A stretch of DNA of 64,000 nucleotides, taken from the sequence record PQ615101; one strand, 5' to 3'. Every line of letters starts with the position of its first letter. The first letter of the stretch is position 1. Shown one piece after another: positions 48,562-56,687 of this stretch. Origin of the DNA: Shigella phage SP21535. A program made the position numbers and the translations under genes. The notes below the pieces were generated by a model. It saw only the letters and a list, made by a program, of their open reading frames with translations, was not told the origin of the DNA and ran no database searches.

Positions 48562-51258
48562 ATGAAAGAATTTTATATCTCTATCGAAACAGTCGGAAAT
48601 AATATTGTTGAGCGTTATATTGATGAAAACGGAAAGGAACGTACTCGTGAAGTAGAATATCTTCCGACTATGTTTAGGCACTGTAAGGAAGAGTCAAAGT
48701 ACAAAGACATTTATGGTAAAAATTGCGCTCCTCAAAAATTTCCATCAATGAAAGATGCACGAGACTGGATGAAGCGAATGGAAGACATCGGTCTCGAAGC
48801 TCTTGGTATGAACGATTTTAAACTCGCTTATATCAGTGATACATATGGTTCAGAAATTGTTTATGACCGAAAATTTGTTCGTATAGCTAACTGTGACATT
48901 GAGGTTACTGGTGATAAATTTCCTGACCCAATGAAAGCAGAATATGAAATTGATGCTATCACTCATTACGATTCAATTGACGATCGTTTTTATGTTTTCG
49001 ACCTTTTGAATTCAATGTACGGTTCAGTATCAAAATGGGATGCAAAGTTAGCTGCTAAGCTTGACTGTGAAGGTGGTGATGAAGTTCCTCAAGAAATTCT
49101 TGACCGAGTAATTTATATGCCATTCGATAATGAGCGTGATATGCTCATGGAATATATTAATCTCTGGGAACAGAAACGACCGGCTATTTTTACCGGTTGG
49201 AACATTGAGGGATTTGACGTTCCGTATATCATGAATCGTGTTAAAATGGTTCTCGGCGAACGTAGTATGAAACGTTTCTCTCCAATCGGTCGGGTAAAAT
49301 CTAAACTAATTCAAAATGTGTACGGTAGCAAAGAAATTTATTCTATTGATGGCGTATCTATTCTTGATTATTTAGATTTGTACAAGAAATTCGCATTTAC
49401 TAATTTGCCGTCATTCTCTTTGGAATCAGTTGCTCAACATGAAACCAAAAAAGGTAAATTACCATACGACGGTCCTATTAATAAACTTCGTGAGACTAAT
49501 CATCAACGATACATTAGTTATAACATCATTGACGTAGAATCAGTTCAAGCAATTGATAAAATTCGCGGGTTTATCGATCTAGTTTTAAGTATGTCTTATT
49601 ACGCTAAAATGCCTTTTTCTGGTGTAATGAGTCCTATTAAAACTTGGGATGCTATTATTTTTAACTCATTGAAAGGTGAACATAAGGTTATTCCTCAACA
49701 GGGTTCGCACGTTAAACAGAGTTTTCCGGGTGCATTTGTGTTTGAACCTAAACCAATTGCTCGTCGATATATTATGAGTTTTGACTTGACGTCTCTGTAT
49801 CCTAGCATTATTCGTCAGGTTAACATTAGTCCTGAGACTATTCGTGGGCAGTTTAAAGTTCATCCAATTCATGAATATATTGCAGGAACAGCTCCTAAGC
49901 CAAGTGATGAATATTCTTGCTCTCCGAATGGATGGATGTATGATAAGCATCAAGAAGGTATCATTCCAAAGGAAATCGCTAAAGTATTTTTCCAGCGTAA
50001 AGATTGGAAAAAGAAAATGTTCGCTGAAGAAATGAATGCCGAAGCTATTAAAAAGATTATTATGAAAGGCGCAGGGTCTTGTTCAACTAAACCAGAAGTT
50101 GAACGATATGTTAAGTTCAGTGATGATTTCTTAAATGAACTATCAAATTACACCGAATCTGTTCTTAATAGTCTGATCGAAGAATGTGAAAAAGCAGCTA
50201 CACTTGCTAACACAAATCAGCTGAACCGTAAAATTCTTATCAACAGTCTTTATGGTGCTCTTGGTAATATTCATTTCCGTTACTATGATTTGCGAAATGC
50301 TACTGCTATCACAATTTTCGGTCAAGTTGGTATTCAGTGGATTGCTCGTAAAATTAATGAATACCTGAATAAGGTGTGTGGAACTGATGGTGAAGATTTC
50401 ATCGCGGCGGGTGATACTGATTCGGTATATGTTTGTGTAGATAAAGTAATTGAAAAAGTAGGTCTTGACCGCTTTAAAGAACAAAATGATTTAGTTGAAT
50501 TCATGAATCAGTTCGGTAAGAAAAAGATGGAACCTATGATTGATGTTGCATATCGTGAGTTATGTGATTATATGAATAACCGCGAGCATCTGATGCATAT
50601 GGACCGTGAAGCTATTTCTTGCCCTCCGCTTGGTTCAAAGGGTGTTGGTGGATTTTGGAAAGCGAAAAAACGTTATGCTCTGAACGTTTATGATATGGAA
50701 GATAAGCGATTTGCTGAACCACATCTAAAAATCATGGGTATGGAAACTCAGCAGAGTTCAACACCAAAAGCAGTACAAGAAGCTCTCGAAGAAAGTATTC
50801 GTCGTATTCTTCAGGAAGGCGAAGAGTCTGTCCAAGAATACTATAAGAACTTTGAGAAAGAATATCGTCAACTTGATTATAAAGTTATTGCTGAAGTAAA
50901 AACCGCGAACGATATAGCGAAATATGATGATAAAGGTTGGCCAGGGTTTAAATGCCCGTTCCATATTCGTGGGGTGCTAACTTATCGTCGAGCTGTTAGT
51001 GGTTTAGGTGTAGCTCCAATTTTGGATGGAAATAAGGTAATGGTTCTTCCATTACGTGAGGGAAATCCATTTGGTGACAAGTGCATTGCTTGGCCATCGG
51101 GTACGGAACTTCCAAAAGAAATTCGTTCTGATGTACTGTCTTGGATTGACTACTCAACTTTGTTCCAAAAATCGTTTGTTAAACCACTTGCGGGCATGTG
51201 TGAATCGGCAGGTATGGACTATGAGGAAAAAGCTTCGTTAGACTTCCTGTTTGGCTGA
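48562..51258 (+). CDS. 43: DNA polymerase gp43
   Basis: 898 aa as T4 gp43; family B motifs DxxSLYPS and YGDTDS. Confidence 0.95.
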   Translation: MKEFYISIETVGNNIVERYIDENGKERTREVEYLPTMFRHCKEESKYKDIYGKNCAPQKFPSMKDARDWMKRMEDIGLEALGMNDFKLAYISDTYGSEIVYDRKFVRIANCDIEVTGDKFPDPMKAEYEIDAITHYDSIDDRFYVFDLLNSMYGSVSKWDAKLAAKLDCEGGDEVPQEILDRVIYMPFDNERDMLMEYINLWEQKRPAIFTGWNIEGFDVPYIMNRVKMVLGERSMKRFSPIGRVKSKLIQNVYGSKEIYSIDGVSILDYLDLYKKFAFTNLPSFSLESVAQHETKKGKLPYDGPINKLRETNHQRYISYNIIDVESVQAIDKIRGFIDLVLSMSYYAKMPFSGVMSPIKTWDAIIFNSLKGEHKVIPQQGSHVKQSFPGAFVFEPKPIARRYIMSFDLTSLYPSIIRQVNISPETIRGQFKVHPIHEYIAGTAPKPSDEYSCSPNGWMYDKHQEGIIPKEIAKVFFQRKDWKKKMFAEEMNAEAIKKIIMKGAGSCSTKPEVERYVKFSDDFLNELSNYTESVLNSLIEECEKAATLANTNQLNRKILINSLYGALGNIHFRYYDLRNATAITIFGQVGIQWIARKINEYLNKVCGTDGEDFIAAGDTDSVYVCVDKVIEKVGLDRFKEQNDLVEFMNQFGKKKMEPMIDVAYRELCDYMNNREHLMHMDREAISCPPLGSKGVGGFWKAKKRYALNVYDMEDKRFAEPHLKIMGMETQQSSTPKAVQEALEESIRRILQEGEESVQEYYKNFEKEYRQLDYKVIAEVKTANDIAKYDDKGWPGFKCPFHIRGVLTYRRAVSGLGVAPILDGNKVMVLPLREGNPFGDKCIAWPSGTELPKEIRSDVLSWIDYSTLFQKSFVKPLAGMCESAGMDYEEKASLDFLFG

Positions 51259-51270
51259 TAGAATAAATCT

Positions 51271-51292
51271 AGGGACCTCCGGGTCCCTTTTT
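51271..51292 (+). terminator. rho-independent terminator
   Basis: AGGGACC-TCCG-GGTCCCT followed by TTTTTC. Confidence 0.8.
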
Positions 51293-51383
51293 CATACAAG
51301 TAATATAAATCTATACTTAGGAAAAATAGATGATTCTGGACCTCTGGAATTCATTAAAAATTTTTTCACAAAACTGTTTACAT

Positions 51384-51418
51384 CCCCGTTCTTCCATGGT
51401 ACTATACAACTATCAACT
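51384..51418 (+). promoter_or_regulatory. early promoter module, 35-nt exact repeat of 9661-9695
   Basis: CCCCGTTCTTCCATGGTACTATACAACTATCAACT identical to the 9661-9695 copy; GTTTAC 15 nt upstream of TGG. Confidence 0.6.
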
Positions 51419-51439
51419 GATACGGATTTGGAGAATAAA

Positions 51440-51820
51440 ATGAAAATCGCTATTTTGGTTATTGCATTGGGTCTTACTGGTTGTGTAGCTCAAGGACCGG
51501 TAGTAAATCAATCTGATGTAGGAAAAATTGTAAACTGTTCAAGCAAATTTTATAATCCTAATGTTAAGTGTTATAAAGAAGCTCCAAAACAGACAGTAGA
51601 ACAAATGCAGGCGAATTTTGACGAAGCTATTCGTCCAGATGAATCTGCCCAAGCATATCGTAATTCAGATGTAATTACACGCGAAGAAAAAATTGAAAGC
51701 TACTGCGCTGAACTTTGGGCAAATTGGGCTAATAATTACCAATGGCGTACTGGTAAAAATGCTCCGATGGAGTATGTAGTGAATTCTTATAATTCATGTG
51801 TAAAAAATTTGACTAAGTGA
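51440..51820 (+). CDS. lipoprotein
   Basis: Track ORF 51251..51820; ATG 51440 behind GGAGAA; signal peptide with lipobox LTGC. Confidence 0.6.
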   Translation: MKIAILVIALGLTGCVAQGPVVNQSDVGKIVNCSSKFYNPNVKCYKEAPKQTVEQMQANFDEAIRPDESAQAYRNSDVITREEKIESYCAELWANWANNYQWRTGKNAPMEYVVNSYNSCVKNLTK

Positions 51821-51827
51821 GGAAAAC

Positions 51828-52079
51828 ATGGAAACTTTAGTAGCAGGTTCAATTTTTATGGTTTTAGTTTCAGGCGTGTTGGCTATTATTATATACATGC
51901 TTCCATGGTTCATCGCCTTGATGCGTGGGTCAAAATCGACAGTAGGAATCTTTTTCACATCTTTACTGTTTAACTGGTCAATCATTGGTTGGTTTATTAC
52001 TTTTATTTGGTCAATTGCTGGTGAAACTAAAAAGTCAACACAGCCAAATCAGGTAATTATCATCAGAGAGAAGGAATGA
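51828..52079 (+). CDS. imm: superinfection immunity protein Imm
   Basis: 83 aa two-TM membrane protein, same size and position as T4 Imm. Confidence 0.8.
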   Translation: METLVAGSIFMVLVSGVLAIIIYMLPWFIALMRGSKSTVGIFFTSLLFNWSIIGWFITFIWSIAGETKKSTQPNQVIIIREKE

Positions 52080-52232
52080 AAAGCAAAATTTTAGCAGTAT
52101 TGCTTTTAATCTTGATGATTATAATAAGTATATACTATAGTGTAACAGTTCCTTGTATGATTCCAACACTTATTATAGGGTGGAGTTTATTACTGTTACA
52201 AGTTAAATATGAATGCATCAATTGAGGTTTAA

Positions 52233-52973
52233 ATGATTAATAACTCTATGACAGTTGAAGAAATCCGTCTTTATTTGGGAATTGCATTAAAGGAAAAAGA
52301 TTTCGTAATTGATAAAACCGGTGTTAAAACTATTGAAATTATTGGTGCATCATTTGTAGCAGATGAACCTTTTATTTTTGGCGCTCTTAATGATGAATAC
52401 ATTCAGCGTGAACTTGAATGGTATAAGTCTCAAAGTTTGTTTGTTAAAGATATTCCAGGTGAAACGCCAAAGATTTGGCAACAGGTAGCATCTTCTAAAG
52501 GCGAAATTAACTCGAATTATGGTTGGGCCATCTGGTCAGAAGATAACTATGCTCAGTATGACATGTGTTTAGCTGAACTTGGTCAAAATCCTGATTCTCG
52601 ACGTGGTATCATGATTTATACTCGTCCATCTATGCAGTTTGACTACAATAAAGATGGTATGTCAGATTTCATGTGTACGAATACAGTACAGTACCTGATT
52701 CGTGATAAGAAAGTCAATGCAGTGGTTAACATGAGAAGTAATGATTGCTGGGCAGGCTATCGTAATGATTATGCATGGCAAAAATATGTACTAGATAAAT
52801 TAGTATCTGATTTGAATGCAGGTGATTCAACTCGTCAGTATAAAGCAGGTTCCATTATATGGAATGTCGGGAGCCTTCATGTGTATTCCCGTCATTTTTA
52901 TTTGGTTGACCATTGGTGGAAAACTGGCGAAACTCATATTGCGAAAAAAGATTATAACGGTGAGTGGAAATGA
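52233..52973 (+). CDS. 42: dCMP hydroxymethylase gp42
   Basis: 246 aa as T4 gp42; thymidylate-synthase-like fold. Confidence 0.85.
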   Translation: MINNSMTVEEIRLYLGIALKEKDFVIDKTGVKTIEIIGASFVADEPFIFGALNDEYIQRELEWYKSQSLFVKDIPGETPKIWQQVASSKGEINSNYGWAIWSEDNYAQYDMCLAELGQNPDSRRGIMIYTRPSMQFDYNKDGMSDFMCTNTVQYLIRDKKVNAVVNMRSNDCWAGYRNDYAWQKYVLDKLVSDLNAGDSTRQYKAGSIIWNVGSLHVYSRHFYLVDHWWKTGETHIAKKDYNGEWK

Positions 52974-53812
52974 TTCAATTCGTAATTCCAAGCTATCAAC
53001 GCGTAGGGGCAGTTTCTGCCCTTGATATGTTTCCGACTGATTATGAACCTCATATTGTAGTACGTGAACATGAAGAAAAAGCTTATTATGACGCTTACGG
53101 GTCTAGAGCTAAAATTATAACTATTCCTGATGATGTTAATGGAATTGCTGGTACTCGTAAAGCAATTACTGATATGTATGCAGGTCAACGAATTTGGATG
53201 ATTGATGATGATACTACTATTCGTATGAGTTCAATACGAAAGAGAGACGATAAACGGCGTGTAGATAAAGTCAATCAATTGACTCGTGAGCAATTCTATG
53301 AATTAATTCAATACGTTGAGGATGCAATGGATTGCGGGTATTATCATGGTCATGCTCGTTTACCAATTTTTAAAATTACTTCATCTTGGGGTAATTATCG
53401 TGAAAATTCATATGGATTCACGAATACATGGTATGATTTAGGAAAACTTACAACAGAACAAATTGGGTATGGAAAAATTGATTTATGTGAAGATATGTAT
53501 GCATTTCTCAATTTAATTAATCAAGGTTATCCGCATTTGGCCTTGTTCAAATATCTAGTTGTATCTGGAAAAGCACAAGCTCCTGGCGGATGTAGTTCAA
53601 TTCGTAGTAATTCAAAACATAATAGAGCTCTTGAGCAAATCAATAGAGAGTTTCCAGAGCAAGCTCGTTGGAAAACATCGAATATTGAAAAACGAAAATC
53701 GTTGGGTGAAGAAGATGAACCGCTAAAGGTTCTTCGCATGTGTGTTTCGCGTAAAGAAAAATCAGAAGCATTTCATAAGTTTAATGCTATTCATCCAATA
53801 GCAGTTGATTAA
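52970..53812 (+). CDS. glycosyltransferase (DxD type), not T4 beta-gt
   Basis: Track ORF 52964..53812; ATG 52970 overlaps gene 42 stop; IWMIDDD motif; unlike the 351-aa T4 beta-gt that occupies this locus. Confidence 0.6.
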   Translation: MIQFVIPSYQRVGAVSALDMFPTDYEPHIVVREHEEKAYYDAYGSRAKIITIPDDVNGIAGTRKAITDMYAGQRIWMIDDDTTIRMSSIRKRDDKRRVDKVNQLTREQFYELIQYVEDAMDCGYYHGHARLPIFKITSSWGNYRENSYGFTNTWYDLGKLTTEQIGYGKIDLCEDMYAFLNLINQGYPHLALFKYLVVSGKAQAPGGCSSIRSNSKHNRALEQINREFPEQARWKTSNIEKRKSLGEEDEPLKVLRMCVSRKEKSEAFHKFNAIHPIAVD

Positions 53813-53889
53813 TGCCTAAATTTATTGTGTTATAATTACCCTATCTTTAACCAGTGAGGAAAATATAATGATGCTTATGGAAAAAATGA

Positions 53890-54819
53890 ATGTCTATTGC
53901 AGATTTAAAATCCCGTTTGATTAAAGCTTCCACTTCTAAAATGACTGCTGAACTGACTACATCTAAATTCTTTAATGAAAAGGATGTAATCCGTACAAAA
54001 ATCCCAATGCTTAATATCGCTATTTCTGGCGCGATTGATGGCGGCATGCAGTCTGGTTTAACTATTTTCGCAGGGCCTTCTAAACACTTTAAATCAAATA
54101 TGTCTTTGACTATGGTTGCGGCATATTTAAACAAATATCATGACGCAGTTTGTCTATTCTATGATAGCGAATTTGGTATTACTCCAGCTTATTTGCGATC
54201 CATGGGAGTTGACCCGGAACGAGTAATTCATACGCCAATTCAGTCAGTTGAACAGCTGAAAATTGATATGGTGAACCAGCTTGAAGCTATTGAGCGTGGT
54301 GAAAAGGTTATTGTATTCATCGACTCAATCGGTAATATGGCTTCTAAGAAAGAAACGGAAGATGCCTTGAATGAAAAATCTGTGGCAGATATGACTCGTG
54401 CTAAATCACTGAAGTCATTATTCCGTATTGTTACTCCTTATTTTAGCATTAAAAATATTCCATGTGTTGCGGTTAACCATACAATTGAAACAATTGAACT
54501 GTTTAGTAAAACCGTGATGACAGGTGGTTGTGTTATTGCTGGTACTAAAATCCAGATGTCCGATGGTTCTACTAAAGCAGTTGAAGATATTCGTCCAGGT
54601 GAGCGTGTTAAAACCATGGTCGGTGATAATGAAGTAACTTATGTTTGGGACCCCGAAACTCTGGCTGAAGGTACTCCTGAATGTTTCGAAATTGAATTCG
54701 AAGACGGTTATAAAGTAACTACTTCAGATACTCACAAGTTCCTGGTAATGGTTAAAGACATTCCAACTTGGGTTGAAGCTAAAGATTTAGTAGCTGGAAT
54801 GGATTGTGTTGTAAGGTAA
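53890..54819 (+). CDS. uvsX: UvsX recombinase N-terminal fragment (residues 1-213) fused in frame to a putative intein N-half
   Basis: First 213 aa match T4 UvsX up to ..FSKTVMTGG (Walker A GPSKHFKS); then 96 aa starting with Cys; ends TAA TAA. Confidence 0.85.
   Translation: MSIADLKSRLIKASTSKMTAELTTSKFFNEKDVIRTKIPMLNIAISGAIDGGMQSGLTIFAGPSKHFKSNMSLTMVAAYLNKYHDAVCLFYDSEFGITPAYLRSMGVDPERVIHTPIQSVEQLKIDMVNQLEAIERGEKVIVFIDSIGNMASKKETEDALNEKSVADMTRAKSLKSLFRIVTPYFSIKNIPCVAVNHTIETIELFSKTVMTGGCVIAGTKIQMSDGSTKAVEDIRPGERVKTMVGDNEVTYVWDPETLAEGTPECFEIEFEDGYKVTTSDTHKFLVMVKDIPTWVEAKDLVAGMDCVVR
54529..54816 (+). other. putative split-intein N-terminal half (Int-N, 96 aa)
   Basis: Begins CVIAGTKIQMSDGS (block A Cys1), contains TTSDTHKF (block B TxxH); absent from T4 uvsX. 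Confidence 0.65.
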
Positions 54820-54822
54820 TAA

Positions 54823-54864
54823 ATATGGGTACCGGACTAATGTATATTTTTGAGGTACCCATAT
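54823..54864 (+). promoter_or_regulatory. hairpin sequestering the endonuclease RBS and start codon
   Basis: Perfect 11-bp inverted repeat ATATGGGTACC (54823-54833) / GGTACCCATAT (54854-54864), 20-nt loop; 3-prime arm covers GAGG SD and A,T of ATG 54863. Confidence 0.6.
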
Positions 54865-55585
54865 GAATTTTGTCTATAAAATTGTGTTCAACGATAGAAT
54901 TAAAAACGGCACTCCGCCATATTACTACATAGGGAGCAAGACAAATGCTTCTTATGTAGATGGTAAGATTATTGACGCCCACGGTCGTGAGTACTATGGC
55001 TCATCGAGATATCCCGGATATCATGATTTTATCAATAATGTTACTGTTGAAATATTGGAGCAATATGATGATATTAAACACACTAAACTGCTAGAGCGCG
55101 AAAATTTCTATCAGAAACAAGTAAATGTTAAAACAAATCCAGATTATTTTAATTTAGATTATGCTTGTGGGCATAATTCATATGCTAATGCTGATTTTGC
55201 ATCATACAAGCATTATATAACAGGTAAATGTATTCGTCTTGAAAGAAACCATCCGCTTGTTAAATCTGGTGTGTATGTTGGCGTCACAAAAGGCGTGAAA
55301 TCTTCTGATGAACACCGCAAGCACATATCAGAAGGTATTACCGGAGAAAACAATGGGTTCTATGGTAAGAAACACACTAAAGAAACAATTAATAAAATAT
55401 CAGAAAAAGCAAAGAAAAGATTAAAGCATTCCCATCCTAGACAAAAAGGTGTTATCATAAACGGTATTGAATACCGGGGCGTCAGACCTGCTGCAAGAGC
55501 GTTGGGAATTAATCCTAACACAATTATCAACAAAATTAAAGCTAATATAAAAGGATGGGCTTATGCAGTAGATGCACGCGGTTAA
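54863..55585 (+). CDS. free-standing GIY-YIG homing endonuclease between the two uvsX fragments
   Basis: 240 aa; VYKIVF..YYIGSK GIY-YIG-type N-terminus, NUMOD-like linker repeats, C-terminal helix-turn-helix-like region. Confidence 0.75.
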   Translation: MNFVYKIVFNDRIKNGTPPYYYIGSKTNASYVDGKIIDAHGREYYGSSRYPGYHDFINNVTVEILEQYDDIKHTKLLERENFYQKQVNVKTNPDYFNLDYACGHNSYANADFASYKHYITGKCIRLERNHPLVKSGVYVGVTKGVKSSDEHRKHISEGITGENNGFYGKKHTKETINKISEKAKKRLKHSHPRQKGVIINGIEYRGVRPAARALGINPNTIINKIKANIKGWAYAVDARG

Positions 55586-55693
55586 GGCATTCGAAGATAT
55601 GGTAAAAGAATTTGGAATGAACATGACAATCAAGATTATGCTTTCATGAAATATGTATATTGAAACTAGCTACTACGAAACACAAGGTAAAGT

Positions 55694-55798
55694 ATGAAAA
55701 TTAAATCTGTTAAATCTGTTGGTAAAAAAGAAGTCTATGATTTGTCTGTTGCTGACGTCGAGCATTATGTTTTAGAAAATGGTATCGTTACACACAAC
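55694..55798 (+). other. putative split-intein C-terminal half (Int-C, 35 aa)
   Basis: Ends His-Asn followed by Thr +1 extein residue; block F/G-like VYDLSVADVEHYVLENGIVTHN. Confidence 0.65.
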
Positions 55799-56341
55799 AC
55801 AGGCGTAATGTATTCGGCTGATACTGTATTCATTATCGGTAAGCGCCAGATTAAAGATGGTTCTGATCTTCAGGGGTATCAATTTGTTCTAAATGTAGAA
55901 AAATCTCGTACCGTTAAAGAAAAAAGTAAATTCTTTATTGATGTTAAATTTGACGGTGGCATCGATCCTTATTCTGGATTGTTAGATATGGCTCTTGAAT
56001 TAGGATTTGTGGTAAAACCTAAAAATGGCTGGTATGCTCGTGAATTTCTTGACGAAGAAACAGGCGAGATGATTCGCGAAGAAAAATCTTGGCGTGCAAA
56101 AGATACCAACTGCACTACATTCTGGGGTCCTTTATTTAAGCATCAGCCATTCCGAGATGCTATTAAACGTGCTTATCAGTTAGGTGCTATTGATAGTAAT
56201 GAAATTGTTGAAGCTGAAGTTGATGAATTAATTAACTCAAAGGTTGAAAAATTTAAATCTCCAGAAAGTAAAAGTAAATCAGCAGCTGATTTAGAAACTG
56301 ACCTAGATCAGTTAAGTGATATGGAAGAATTTAATGAATAA
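55694..56341 (+). CDS. uvsX: putative intein C-half (35 aa) fused in frame to UvsX C-terminal fragment (180 aa)
   Basis: Own AAGG SD and ATG; ..VYDLSVADVEHYVLENGIVTHN then TGVMYSADTVFIIGKRQ.. matching T4 UvsX C-terminal region. Confidence 0.85.
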   Translation: MKIKSVKSVGKKEVYDLSVADVEHYVLENGIVTHNTGVMYSADTVFIIGKRQIKDGSDLQGYQFVLNVEKSRTVKEKSKFFIDVKFDGGIDPYSGLLDMALELGFVVKPKNGWYAREFLDEETGEMIREEKSWRAKDTNCTTFWGPLFKHQPFRDAIKRAYQLGAIDSNEIVEAEVDELINSKVEKFKSPESKSKSAADLETDLDQLSDMEEFNE

Positions 56342-56678
56342 AGATGATTTAGATTTAGATCTAGAAATTATCGATGAATCCCCCTCTTCGGAGGGGGAAG
56401 AAGAAAGAAAAGAGCGTCTTTTTAATGAATCTCTTAAGATAATTAAATCTGCTATGGAAAATGTTATCCAGGAGATTGTCATTAAACTAGAAGATGGTTC
56501 TACACATATAGTGTATGTAACTAAACTGGATTGGGTTGATGGAAAGGTTGTAATGGACTTTGCTGTTCTTGACCAAGAAAGAAAAGCTGAGTTAGCTCCT
56601 CATGTAGAAAAATGTATTACAATGCAACTACAAGATGCATTTAATAAAAGGTCAAAGAAAAAATTTAAATTCTTTTAA
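56334..56678 (+). CDS. 40: gp40-like protein (position of T4 gene 40)
   Basis: Track ORF 56316..56678; ATG 56334 overlaps uvsX stop; 114 aa, between uvsX and 41. Confidence 0.65.
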   Translation: MNKDDLDLDLEIIDESPSSEGEEERKERLFNESLKIIKSAMENVIQEIVIKLEDGSTHIVYVTKLDWVDGKVVMDFAVLDQERKAELAPHVEKCITMQLQDAFNKRSKKKFKFF

Positions 56679-56687
56679 GGAGTAAGT

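Noticed and set aside
48562-51258. Inteins or introns in other replication genes (43, 41, 61, 44, 46)
   Set aside because: Lengths equal the T4 proteins (898, 475, 342, 319, 560 aa) and frames are continuous; only uvsX and nrdD are interrupted.
55586-55693. MotA-type middle promoter upstream of the uvsX C-terminal fragment (ATGCTTTCA .. TATATT)
   Set aside because: The spacing between the MotA-box-like element and the -10-like hexamer is shorter than the consensus as I recall it; too weak to call without transcript mapping.
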